Positions 36,701-46,900 of a stretch of 64,000 bases of DNA are shown here, piece by piece. Each line of letters starts with the position of its first letter. Position 1 is the first letter of the stretch. This DNA is from an uncultured virus (IMG/VR IMGVR_UViG_3300025390_000006) (Duplodnaviria; Heunggongvirae; Uroviricota; Caudoviricetes), in IMG/VR virus record IMGVR_UViG_3300025390_000006; one strand, 5' to 3'. The notes below the pieces were generated by a model, which did no database searches, had not been told where the DNA came from, and saw nothing but the letters and a program-made list of their open reading frames with translations. Both the position numbers and the translations under genes were made by a program.

Positions 36701-37516
36701 TTCCCATCAACCGCATACCCATCCTTTACGGCCTATGCGGGGTCGTTGGTTGTTGGGAAAACCTATACGATTGGATATGTCGGCAACACGGATTTTACCG
36801 CATTGGGCGCATCGTCCAATACAGTTGGGGTAACATTTGTTGCGACTGGCACGGGAAGCTATTCCTCTGGCGCTGGTTGGGCGACATTAACCTCATCCAT
36901 CGGTGAGAATAATGCGTATATCAAATACAACGTGGCGGTAAACCAATGGAACTTTGGTTATAACCTTACGGGTACTGCCTTTGACGGCGCGACTCAGGTT
37001 AGCCAATTTGTAGGCCGCACAGCTTGGATCGACCAATCTGTATTGGGCAACCCACTTGGTACGGGATACGATAACTTCATTTATCAACATGAAGTTGGGT
37101 ATAATGCGTATCAGGGGAATGCTTCCTTTCCGATGACCTCATCCTTCTCCACCGGGTTCTTCCAAATTGCGGAGGCGGATCAACTTGTTTTCGTTGACCA
37201 AATCTGGCCTGACTTTGTATGGGGAACATATTCCGGCGACCCAACCACATCACCAAATGGCGGCGATAATTACAATGCTACCATACAGATGTACATTTTG
37301 TTTACAAACGATGCGGATGAGCCGCAAAATTTTGATGGCGCAAACGGTATAAATACTCTGGGTCCGTTTACGTTCCAATACGGAATGACCCCATCTTATG
37401 TCTCTTGCCGCATCCGCGCCCGATTTATCCGCCTATTGTTCTTCTCAAACGATTCCAACACTTGGTGGCGTTTAGGCGGATTAAGATACCGTTATCAACC
37501 AGATGGGAGATACTGA
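33788..37516 (+). CDS. Tail nozzle / stabilization protein (P22 gp10-like) with inserted repeats
   Basis: WSLDNFGQ, DPLLLRWSD, NQAGSFRI, FNEIIWYFPS, RTAWID, WRLGGLRYRYQPDGR. Confidence 0.75.
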   Translation: MPRAELKLVPGVDLIKTLNLNESAISDTNQIRFLPDRNQLGLAQKMGGWQPYYNAAISSTVRSMKAYNDLNNLNHLALGCVGPSPGTNAYGSLQILTNGTLTDVTPQFRANYAANATSTLSTISYVIQNTGTTNFTSIGSSSNDLYTYFTATGAGTGTGTAIPVIKISTTAGSNIVTIVDTEIPAIVGDFIEFKEPISLGGTVFQGPYAVSSANGTTYTIQIATTATKPETNFLFTNASALFNGSSSAAVLTVTAITSGTLSAGQLISSSNTTAGTLIVSQLTSSAAAVVTKTYSSGGAVGTNTVTFANVTSIAVGQLVSGTGIPNGTFVGSISSNTITLVTVTGTASNFTVQAAGTYSFYTAGGVGTYSISISQTSSGGYAATLEQYRTYVIQTPGTTVWTSNGAASSLTGTVFLSTIAVATAGAFVVGSTYEIITAGTTDFTLIGAANSTPGTIFVATGVGTGTGTATTYTGTGTARLLGVPAYYIAPGSQTVTVYLDNHTYTVGSDYYIADPVTVNNVTLAGSFTVTAVGSNQTAPTFTIQAPNVVASATAAGSFVIGQQYKIQSVGTTDFTAIGASANTVGVIFAATGVGSGTGTAYTPNPVPANSGMPNTNFYISPLPTSQSGGYGSGGYGVGGYGTGTGAITNAGSFIVGTQYQILTVGTTDFTLIGASSNTVGVIFTATGVGSGTGTATSYNAGYQINATDWSLDNFGQILVACPAGGPVYTYAFNTASANANLPSIQAPLLNDGAFVAMPQRQIVAWGSSFGLEQDPLLLRWSDVQDSTTWVGTALNQAGSFRIPTGNKIVTCIQGPQQAFIWTDIDCWAMQYVGAPLVYGFNKIGSNCGAISRKSVGQYLNNIYWMSQKQFFVNRGNGPEVLPCPAWDFVFQTLNTGGGVNVSPSSLIPGKTYVITSLGTTDFTTVGATTNVVGLTFVATATGTGSGTAYLPPYTNNIRCAINSQFNEIIWYFPSTAYPSFTAYAGSLVVGKTYTIGYVGNTDFTALGASSNTVGVTFVATGTGSYSSGAGWATLTSSIGENNAYIKYNVAVNQWNFGYNLTGTAFDGATQVSQFVGRTAWIDQSVLGNPLGTGYDNFIYQHEVGYNAYQGNASFPMTSSFSTGFFQIAEADQLVFVDQIWPDFVWGTYSGDPTTSPNGGDNYNATIQMYILFTNDADEPQNFDGANGINTLGPFTFQYGMTPSYVSCRIRARFIRLLFFSNDSNTWWRLGGLRYRYQPDGRY

Positions 37517-37857
37517 TGGCATCGCTTGACGACATATTAAGCGCACATAAAAATGCGGTACAGGCTATCAACAATTGGGGGCAGACAACCTCCAATCTGG
37601 CGGGGGTAATGAACAGCGGGGAAATTTCCTCCGCTACTCTTTTGACGCCAAGGTTGGGGTGGGTCGCCAACGTCTCCGTTATTGTAGCGGGTAGCGCTGG
37701 TACGATTTATGATGCGACCAGCACCGCAACGACAAGCGGAACCAGAATATATACAATTCCCGCTACTGTCGGGGTTTACAGCGTTATGTTGCCCGTACAC
37801 AACTCCATACTTGTTGTGCCGGGATCTGGCATGGTTGTGGCGGTATCTTATAGTTAA
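37516..37857 (+). CDS. Small virion protein
   Basis: TGATG-coupled; beta-rich. Confidence 0.65.
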   Translation: MASLDDILSAHKNAVQAINNWGQTTSNLAGVMNSGEISSATLLTPRLGWVANVSVIVAGSAGTIYDATSTATTSGTRIYTIPATVGVYSVMLPVHNSILVVPGSGMVVAVSYS

Positions 37858-37917
37858 TCGGGGCTATTAAAAAGTGTAGTTTTGGTGTAATAAATCTGAG
37901 AACAAGTGGAGTTTAGC

Positions 37918-39672
37918 ATGTCGGACGCATTTCAATACGGTGATGAACGCGATGCGTTTCAAAACTCTGATTTTGGCCCAGACCTTTCAGGATTATTCCC
38001 AACGGGTGCGATTGACTATACGCGCCGAATTGGAACAGATATTTACAACAGATTGCCGTCCCTTCCCTCAAATCCAGTCGCGGGTGGCCCAGAAGATAGG
38101 GCTATGCGCCGTTTGATGAGCCAATCCATCCGTTATGGCAATCGCGGCTCTTCGGATAACAACCCCCTTTCAAATATGGGTGATTACATCACAAATACCG
38201 CCAAATCGTTGTATAATGCGGTCCCTTCGTTTAATTACACCCCAAGTTCTGCGGATGATGTTGGCGCGACTGTTTACTCCCCAGATGCGGCTAAAACCCA
38301 AGCGATTACCCCACGGGACCGCTCCGAATATGCGTATAAACCGCATGAGAAGTCTTTTTATGAAAAGACCTTGGATCTTTTGCATTGGTCGCATCCAAAC
38401 AACCCTGAGAACAAAGTTGAACCCGCTTCCAGTAACTCATTCGTCGGCGCTTTAACGGGAAAGCCAGCGCCAACCGCCCCAGTTACGCCATCGGCCCCCG
38501 CCACCACTTCAACAGCCCCAACCCCATTTATTAAGGCGCTGACGGGTAATACACCTCAAAATACGACAATCGCTATGGGCGGTGCCAATACGGATACGCA
38601 ATATCCAAATGCTAAGGTGCCGTTACCACCACGTCGTCCTGCCAATTTAGGCCAACCCCGTCCACAGGCGCAACCTGAACAAACGGAGGATACGGGTCCG
38701 GGTTCTTTGGCGGAGGCACAAAAGCTATTTCCGGGCCGCCCATTGCAACAGGCTATCTATTACACTGAGCCTCCAAGTGGGAAGCACAGCACGGGCGGTC
38801 AAATGCGCCGTCTTGGCGTAGGTGCGGATACGTCTGGCTTAAATCCTGATTATATTGCACGTATTTGGGAGCCAAAGGATTTGTCCAGCGGGGAAAGGTT
38901 TATCCGTGGGGCTTATGAAACTCAGGCCCCGCAAACGCCAGTTCGCAAGACCTCTGGCCCTGAAGTGGGCGCAACCCAATATGCATCAGGCGGCCATGTT
39001 GATATGGCGGATAAGCTTGCGCGGGAAAAGTCAACTCCATGCCATACGGGAATTATCCAAATGGCGGTGGGCGGACGTACCGACCATCTCCCAATGCACG
39101 TCCTTGAAGGTTCATATGTCCTCCCAGCCGACATCGTCTCCGGTCTTGGTGAAGGCAACACCCTTGCGGGCGCTAAAATTCTGGATGAGATGTTCGGCCA
39201 TCACCACAACCTTCCCCACAAAGCGGGCGGTGGTGGGTTAAGTTCAAAAAGTATATCCGCAAATCTAAAAAGCTTGCGGGATCTTCCAGCAGATATTGCA
39301 TTGGGTGTTGACGGCAGGGACTTTGCTGGTAGCGATATTTTAAGCAAAATGTTCAGCGAAGGTCCGGGTGGGGCAGAAATGCCTAATTTCCGTGCATCGG
39401 TAAACTTCCCAAGCCTTATGTTCCCCGTTCCCGGAAACGCAAGTATTTCGGAAGCATCCCGTGCGACAGGCGGCGGCGTAATATCAAACACGCACCGCCC
39501 AGTTCCGATTGTCGCGGCGGGTGGTGAGTATGTAATTCACCCAGATGATGTAACGCGCTATGGTGGCGGTGATATGGACAAGGGCCACGATAAACTGGAC
39601 AATTTTGTTAAATATGTCCGTTCTCACTTGGTTAAAACGTTGAAAAACCTTCCCGGACCAAAAAGAGATTAA
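37918..39672 (+). CDS. Putative internal virion protein with xxGG motifs and duplicated G(S/E)YV(L/I)xxD domain
   Basis: GGRTDHLP..GSYVLPADIVSGLG and GGEYVIHPDDV. Confidence 0.65.
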   Translation: MSDAFQYGDERDAFQNSDFGPDLSGLFPTGAIDYTRRIGTDIYNRLPSLPSNPVAGGPEDRAMRRLMSQSIRYGNRGSSDNNPLSNMGDYITNTAKSLYNAVPSFNYTPSSADDVGATVYSPDAAKTQAITPRDRSEYAYKPHEKSFYEKTLDLLHWSHPNNPENKVEPASSNSFVGALTGKPAPTAPVTPSAPATTSTAPTPFIKALTGNTPQNTTIAMGGANTDTQYPNAKVPLPPRRPANLGQPRPQAQPEQTEDTGPGSLAEAQKLFPGRPLQQAIYYTEPPSGKHSTGGQMRRLGVGADTSGLNPDYIARIWEPKDLSSGERFIRGAYETQAPQTPVRKTSGPEVGATQYASGGHVDMADKLAREKSTPCHTGIIQMAVGGRTDHLPMHVLEGSYVLPADIVSGLGEGNTLAGAKILDEMFGHHHNLPHKAGGGGLSSKSISANLKSLRDLPADIALGVDGRDFAGSDILSKMFSEGPGGAEMPNFRASVNFPSLMFPVPGNASISEASRATGGGVISNTHRPVPIVAAGGEYVIHPDDVTRYGGGDMDKGHDKLDNFVKYVRSHLVKTLKNLPGPKRD

Positions 39673-39674
39673 GA

Positions 39675-40145
39675 ATGACTGATTATAAGGTCAAAGTTGC
39701 TACTGCTGAAGATGTGGATCAAATCATTGATCTGCTTAAAATGATGCATGATGAGAATGGCGTTTTTCAATACGACGAAGAAAAAACGCATGATATCATC
39801 ACAAATATGATTAATGCTGGTAAGGGTGTTGTTGGGGTTATTGGTGAGGGTCAAATTGAGGCAATGATTGGCCTTATTATTGACCAGCTATGGTACGGAA
39901 AAGACTTTCATCTTAATGAATTGTTCAATTTCGTCCACCCTGATTACCGCAGATCTACCCGCGTCAAATCACTAATTACGTTCGCTAAAAAATGTTCCGA
40001 CGAAATGCAGATACCGCTTGTTATCGGTGTTGTCGCAAATCACAGGACGGAAGCCAAAGTTAAACTGTACGAAAGACATTTCCCTAAAGCGGGGTCATTC
40101 TTTTTGTATAACGAAGATTATGCAAGGGTAAATGGTCATGGGTAA
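39675..40145 (+). CDS. GNAT-fold acetyltransferase-like protein
   Basis: VATAEDVDQI, ELFNFVHPDYRRS..LI; positioned before the ejection genes. Confidence 0.7.
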   Translation: MTDYKVKVATAEDVDQIIDLLKMMHDENGVFQYDEEKTHDIITNMINAGKGVVGVIGEGQIEAMIGLIIDQLWYGKDFHLNELFNFVHPDYRRSTRVKSLITFAKKCSDEMQIPLVIGVVANHRTEAKVKLYERHFPKAGSFFLYNEDYARVNGHG

Positions 40146-43100
40146 TTTATTTAGTGGCGGTCCATCGTCAACGACGTACCAAGCAAACCCCGCGATAACC
40201 AATGCGTTAACGCAGCTTCTTGGTGAGGGTGGCGGTCTTATCGGATCAACGGGCGCTCCATATTACGACCCATCGACCGCACAGCAATATGCGGGTTTTG
40301 TCCCCGGCCTTGTCGCACCCCAGACGCCGGAGCAAATCAACGCGATCAATAACATTACGAATTTGCAGGGTGGGACTCAGCCGTTTTACTCAGCGGCGGA
40401 ACAGATGACTTCCCAAGCGGCTACCCCAATGCAGATGCGACAATTTTCTTTGGGTGGCGTTAATCAATATATGAGTCCATATATTAGTGACGTTGCTAAC
40501 GCAGCGATGGGGAATATTAACCAAACAAATGCCCAACAGCAACAACAAGTGTTGGGCAATGCGATGCAAAAGGGTGCTTTTGGTGGCGACCGCGCTGGTA
40601 TTGCTCAGGCGGAATTAGCGCGTCAGCAAGACTTGGCGAACAACGCGACGATTTCTAATCTTTATAACCAAGGTTACACTCAGGCCCTTGGTGAGTTTAA
40701 TCAGCAGCAGGGTGTTGACCTTGCGACGCAATTACAAAACCGCAATCTTTTGTCTCAAAATGCACTTAACCTTGCTAACCTTGCGACGGGCGGACAGAAT
40801 GCTGCATTGCAACAAGCGCAAGCGCAATACGGTGCGGGCGCGACGGAACAACAGCAGCTTCAAAATCAGTTATCCACCGCCTATCAGCAGTATATGAACC
40901 AATATCAAAACCCTTACGGCCAGCTTGGATGGTTGGGTTCATTGATTAGTGGTGCCGCTCCCGCGATGGGTGGGACAACAACGGGTCAGCCAGCATCCCC
41001 ATCTATTGCAAATACAATAGGCGGAATTGGGACAATGTTCTCCGCATTGGGAAAAATTCCGGGGTTAGGATTTAAAGAGGGTGGCGCTGTTAAGGGTTAC
41101 GCAACTGATGGGGCGGTGACCGCACCAAAAACAGATCCAGCGGTAACTGATGCGTTAAACGCTATCTATGAAAAGGATTTTGGCCGCGCTTATAATCCAA
41201 CGACCGATTCCTATTGGGCGGATCAAATCGCTTCCGGTAAAGACTCCCTCTCAAATATGGCACAGTTGCAGAGCGATATCGCTGGCGGCGCACAGGGCTT
41301 TGATAGATTTGCATTGCAACATGCGATGGCAAATAAGCCAATGGTTGATGCGTATAATGCGTATGGCACACTTGCTAATTCTGGAAATGCATCACTGGGT
41401 GATTTGCGTAACTCCTACAATTCCTATTTGGCATCCATGCGCCCGACATCTGGCGTTGCACTCCCATCAAGAGCAATAAGCGGCGCGTCTCCTTTCGCGT
41501 CATTGCTTGCCAGCCTTGCGGGTGCGGGAGCGGGTTTAGGCGCGGGTACTTCAGGATCTGATTCTTCTGGATTAACGGATGCTACCGCAAGCGGATTAAT
41601 AGGTCGCGGGCATGGGGAACCATCTACCGCCCGTAATGCTAACTATTCTTCCGATTTCCGTTCCAGCAATGGTCCTATTGCAAGTCCGGGCGGGTATGGT
41701 CCGTATTCAGCGGGTGGCGGTGGTGGGGCATCGTTCAACTTTGGCGGCCCATTGGGTGGCTTGTTGGCTGGAATTGGCGCTGCTTTAACGGGCGGTTCCA
41801 CGGAAAGTAAAATTCCAAAAGAAGAAGGCTATACTGGCGTTACATCTTCAATGGGTCCAGACAAAGAAGAAAACCGCGGTGGTCGTATTCATAGTGCAAA
41901 GGGCGGCTTAATCCCTACCAGCTATGGGCTTATGACCAAAGATGATTTGGCGCAGTTAAACGCTGATGTATTTGGTTCAGGTGTGTCTAACGACACCCCA
42001 TCTGAGCAAGCATTTGGCGCGGCTGACGTCCTAAGCGGCATGAATCGCGGTGGCGTCGTTGGTCATTATGCTCCCGGTGGAGCCGCAACGGATGACTCAT
42101 CGGATGAAGCCCCAGTCGCGGATACATCCGTAATCCAAAACTCCGCTAAAAACGCGGGTATTCCGGTAGATCAGTTTGTCAAATTATCGCAAGGCGAAAG
42201 CGGCCACCGCTTTAAGTTGGGTGATGATAATTCATCCGCCGGGCCATTCCAATTGCATGTTGGCGGCGCTTCAAAACAATATCCAAACCCCGGAAAAGGC
42301 GATGATTTTTTTAATGAAATGCATCCCGATTTGGCGGAAAAATTAACACCTCAACAAAAGGCCGCATACATAAACGATCCATCCCATTTACAAGAAACAT
42401 CGGATTGGACCGCAAATGAAATTGCGAAAAATGGCGCAAATGCTTGGACTGTAGCGCGTCAGCAAGGTCTCCTTGGTGCGCGTCAAGCTGATATGCCATA
42501 TGTAAACGCAAAGAACGCAGCCGCCCAAGCTGGCGATCAGACTGGTCAGGGATCTCAAAATAAAAGCATTTTATCCGGCCTATTCCCCGGCCTTGCTGAT
42601 CCAGAGCGCCTTGCATTGTTTAAGTTCGGTGCGACGTTAGCGGGAACACCGGGTCCGTTTGGTTATGGTCTTGCGAAGGCTGCTGATGCGTATGCGAATC
42701 AGTTGGTTGAGTCGCAGAAACTTGCGTCCGAAAGCAATCTACGCGCCGCTCAAGCGGAAGCACAAAAAGGCGAAGCTATTACTAAACGCGCGACACTTGG
42801 TCGTGCTGGTGCATTGGTTAGCACCATGAACCCTGACGGCTCTATTTCATTGCAACAAATTCCAATAGGCGGTATGGGCGGCGGACAGTCAAGCGCCGCT
42901 GCACCATCAATAGGTGGCGGTGAATTTAATATTCCCCCAGCAAGCCAATCTGGAACTACTGGCGGCCCATCCGGTGGCGGCGCTGGCCCATCCACTGGCG
43001 CTCCTTCGGCTCCAACCGCTCCTGTCGGCCCTGAAAAAGCTAAACCCTTACAGACGTTTGCATATGGGTCGATCCGCGAAGACGGTTTGAATGCTGACAA

Positions 43101-43890
43101 GAAAAATGCAGCTATTCAACAAGAAATTGACGCAATCAATAATGATGTGTCGTCTCAATACGGCCCGCGTTCACAACAATTGGCTACCCAAGCTGATGCG
43201 ATACAAAATACCGCAACCAAAGAAGGTAGTGCCGCTTATAACGGTAGGCAAGATCTTCAAACTTTGACAAAGGCGGTTGCCTCTCAGGATTCAACTGGCT
43301 TGCTTGCTTCCGGTATTCAGAAAGCATTCCGCGACCGAATGGCTAACTACGCTCAAACGGTTGGTGCGATGACGGGCAACGATTTGGGCTGGTCTGATAA
43401 ACTTAGCGCTCAAGAGCAGGCAAATAAGATCGCAACTTGGGCATCAGTTCAACAGGGCCGCCATGCTGGGTTTATCACACAGGGCTTGGAAAATGCGTTC
43501 CCAACAGGTGCATTACAGCCTGAAACACAACGTTCATTACTTGCAAGCATGATTACGCAGAATAAACGCGCTCAAGATTTGCAAAACTTCACGACTGATT
43601 ACAATCAGAAAACTAACAATTTAGGTTGGAACGCTGAAAAGGTATTCCAAAAGACAAACCCGCCAAGCGAATATGCGCGGGATGCTCAAGCAATTGAAGC
43701 GCTCATGGCATTGTCGGATAAGACTCCTGCGGGACAAGGTAACTTGCATCCCAACCCAATTACGGATTTGATGAACCGTAAATACGGGCCAAAGTCGGCT
43801 GAGTATTTCGATCAGTACGTTCATAATCTGTATGTTAAAACGGGCGACCCACGTTTTGCGGTTCACAATCTTTCCCGTTATTTTGAATAG
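40138..43890 (+). CDS. Ejection/internal virion protein with possible lysozyme-like domain
   Basis: Gln-rich YMSPY..GAFGGDR N-terminus; GESG..SSAGPFQL. Confidence 0.7.
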   Translation: MGNLFSGGPSSTTYQANPAITNALTQLLGEGGGLIGSTGAPYYDPSTAQQYAGFVPGLVAPQTPEQINAINNITNLQGGTQPFYSAAEQMTSQAATPMQMRQFSLGGVNQYMSPYISDVANAAMGNINQTNAQQQQQVLGNAMQKGAFGGDRAGIAQAELARQQDLANNATISNLYNQGYTQALGEFNQQQGVDLATQLQNRNLLSQNALNLANLATGGQNAALQQAQAQYGAGATEQQQLQNQLSTAYQQYMNQYQNPYGQLGWLGSLISGAAPAMGGTTTGQPASPSIANTIGGIGTMFSALGKIPGLGFKEGGAVKGYATDGAVTAPKTDPAVTDALNAIYEKDFGRAYNPTTDSYWADQIASGKDSLSNMAQLQSDIAGGAQGFDRFALQHAMANKPMVDAYNAYGTLANSGNASLGDLRNSYNSYLASMRPTSGVALPSRAISGASPFASLLASLAGAGAGLGAGTSGSDSSGLTDATASGLIGRGHGEPSTARNANYSSDFRSSNGPIASPGGYGPYSAGGGGGASFNFGGPLGGLLAGIGAALTGGSTESKIPKEEGYTGVTSSMGPDKEENRGGRIHSAKGGLIPTSYGLMTKDDLAQLNADVFGSGVSNDTPSEQAFGAADVLSGMNRGGVVGHYAPGGAATDDSSDEAPVADTSVIQNSAKNAGIPVDQFVKLSQGESGHRFKLGDDNSSAGPFQLHVGGASKQYPNPGKGDDFFNEMHPDLAEKLTPQQKAAYINDPSHLQETSDWTANEIAKNGANAWTVARQQGLLGARQADMPYVNAKNAAAQAGDQTGQGSQNKSILSGLFPGLADPERLALFKFGATLAGTPGPFGYGLAKAADAYANQLVESQKLASESNLRAAQAEAQKGEAITKRATLGRAGALVSTMNPDGSISLQQIPIGGMGGGQSSAAAPSIGGGEFNIPPASQSGTTGGPSGGGAGPSTGAPSAPTAPVGPEKAKPLQTFAYGSIREDGLNADKKNAAIQQEIDAINNDVSSQYGPRSQQLATQADAIQNTATKEGSAAYNGRQDLQTLTKAVASQDSTGLLASGIQKAFRDRMANYAQTVGAMTGNDLGWSDKLSAQEQANKIATWASVQQGRHAGFITQGLENAFPTGALQPETQRSLLASMITQNKRAQDLQNFTTDYNQKTNNLGWNAEKVFQKTNPPSEYARDAQAIEALMALSDKTPAGQGNLHPNPITDLMNRKYGPKSAEYFDQYVHNLYVKTGDPRFAVHNLSRYFE

Positions 43891-43902
43891 TAGGAGCGGT
43901 AA

Positions 43903-46900
43903 ATGGACGACCAAAACCCGTTTATCTCTCAATACGGATCAATGGATTCGCAAGTAACACCCGCGCCCTCAAAAGCTGGTTCTTCCTCTGAAGGGGGGAA
44001 TCCGTTTGAAGAGGCGTATGGTGCTATTAATGAAAAGCAGCAAAAAGACCAACGGTATGCGGAAAGGGTTCAAGCCTATCTTCCGCAACAACAAGAATAT
44101 TATAAGGAAGCTGGTCCGGGATACGACCCTTCAGGGGGTAGCATACCTCTTCTTGGGCCATTAGTGATGAGCGGTGCGCGTCATATTGAGGCTGCTTTAG
44201 GTGCGGGTGGCACTGACCCCACTGGGAAAAAGGCGGCTGACTATTCTGAGCGCCTTCAAAATCTTGCCGCAAGAGATGAGGCGGCAAAGATTGCAAGAAA
44301 AGAAGCGTATCCTGTAAGATCCGTAATTCAAGATTTTTTACCTTCCTTGGCGCTTGGTGCTGTTGCTCCTGAAGCAATCGGTTTAGAAGCCGCCGCTGGC
44401 GCTGCTGGGGAAGCCGCTTTGCCCGCAATTGCCGCTGAAACAGTTGCCCCCGCCGCTGGTGAGGCTGCTGCGGCTGCCGCTGTTAAGGAACCAATTATAC
44501 CTGAAACGTCTTGGTTAAAGACAACAACCCCCGGTCGTGCGGTTATGGATGTAGGCCGCCTTGGATTGGAGGGCGCTGGTTATGGAGCGGCTTCCGCTGC
44601 GGGTGAAAAGTATTTTGGAACCTCCCCTGATGCGGAGGATACAAGTATCACTCAGGGAGCGTTACTTGGCGCTGGCTTGGGTGCGGGGTTAGGCACTGCG
44701 GCGAAAGCTTTGACCGCTGGCGCGGGCTTTGCGGCGGAAAGACTTCCCGATTGGATGACGAATATGTTCTCCAAAGATAAGGATGTGTTAAACAACCTTG
44801 CCGAAAAATACGAACTTGACCGTCAAAATGGATTTGTCCGCAATGCGGGGACAAAGGATGAGTCGAAGGGCATGTCGTTTGAAGACTTTCATCAAGCGCG
44901 GGCCAACGGGCAAACGCCAATTGTCGCTGATGTGGGCGGGGACAATCTGCAAGGCTACATCGCTGATGTTTTGGCGAATGGCGACCCAGACCAAGTCAAT
45001 GCGTTAAAGGGATTTTTACAACGCCGTAGCAATACCAGTGGCATTAACTTTTCCAACTTTTTGGAAAAAATGTATGGTGTTACGGATGATATGAACCTTT
45101 CCGCTCTTCGTCAGGCGGCGGAAGATGAGCGCGTTCGGATTAACAAAGAAAATTACGGGGTATTCCGCAACGACCCAAATTATGGGCGCGGAACTTGGTC
45201 GCCTGAGTGGAACCAGTATTTGAACAATGGTCTCTTCAGGGAGGGCATTGATGCGGTTGACGCTGAAAGGCGGTTGATAGATCCTAATTACCGCTCTCCA
45301 TTCCGCACAATGTTCATGGACCCATCAGGTAAAAAGATGGTGAATGATGTCCCATTGGAAAATATGGGGCTTACGGATGAACAGCAACTTGCGTTAATGA
45401 AACGTAATGTTTTCTCAGCAAGCGACCTTAGCAAAATGTCGCCTGAAGAAGTGTCTAATATTTTCTTTCAGCCTCCAGCGGATGCGTCAAATCCAATACA
45501 AATGCGGGCGGCTAAAGATAACGCGAATCAGGCTGCATCTGAAATTTTAAATGCACAGAAAAAATTCAGCCCAAGAACCATTGTTGATTCCAATCAAATC
45601 AACACGAAGTATTTGGATGATTTGCAACGGAAACTGAATGAAATAGGTGAAGCACGTTATCAAAACGGGCAAATTGATGTCGCCAATGCTCAAAAAGGGA
45701 TTGGGAATAAGATTGTTGGTGATTTAACCGATCCTAAAAGCCGTTACTTTAATCCCGCTTTTGCGAAAGCCCGTGAAGGGTATTTGTACCGCAGAAACGG
45801 GGAAAATGCGTTTAAATACGGTGAAAGCTTCCTCACCAATATTAATAACACCAAAAAAATCCACGACGTCGTTGAATTTACTAAAACGATGACGCCGGAG
45901 GAAAAGGTTTCGTTCCAAAGAGCGGTGCTTTTGGACATGCTTAATCGCGTTAAGTCTGGCGATAGGTTGAACGCTGACAAAGCGATGAAATTCTTTAAAA
46001 ACGCGCAATATCGCAAGGGCATGGAAAATATTTTTGGTAAGGAAGATGTCGCGAATATGGAACATTTCATCAATATGGAAAAGTTGATGAATGATGTTAA
46101 GAACCACCTTGGAATGGTGGACCCTAATGCTGAACGTGGCCCCGCCTCTAAAATGGCGGACTGGGTTATTGCGGCACATAGCCTTGATATGCTCCTTATG
46201 AAAAAGGGCATTGAGAAAGGCGAATCATTCTTGCAAAGCCGTTACGGTCGTAAACTATATTCGCAGATTAAGTCGGACAACATCAACGACTTACAAGCGG
46301 CTCATAAGTCTTTGACTGATCCCAACAATACCAAAAAGGATAGCGCGTTTATCGCGAAGAATATTCTTATGGGGTTAGCAAGGGCTGGAACCCGCGTCGG
46401 CGCTACAGCTATGGGTCGCAAAGAAGGCGGTCGCGTAGGTTACGATGAGGGCGGTGACGTTCGTTCGGGCGATAGCGTTGGTGGATATAAAGGTGATACG
46501 GGCGGGTCCAGTGGTGATTCGGGCGGGAACGATAACGTCCGCGCCGATACCGTTTCGCAATCACAACAAGCATCCAGCGATGCACAGGCGGCGGCTAATG
46601 ACAGGGCTAACAGTCAAGATGTAAGTAAGTTTGCATTTGGTAAGGGCTTTGATACATCCGGCGGTGATTCGGGTGGGCCATCTATGGGTTCACTCCCATC
46701 TGGGGCGGCAACCGCCAATGTTCCAACCCCGCACTTGGATTACGTCAATAAGATCGTCGACTCCATGCAGGGGCCGGAAAGTTCGTACGGACAAAATACG
46801 TACAATATGGGTTCGGGTGCATTTGGTCCTTGGGGCTTAATGCCTAAAACCGCTGTGGATCAATTAACTCAGTTGCACCCTGAGTACTTAAATGAAGCGA

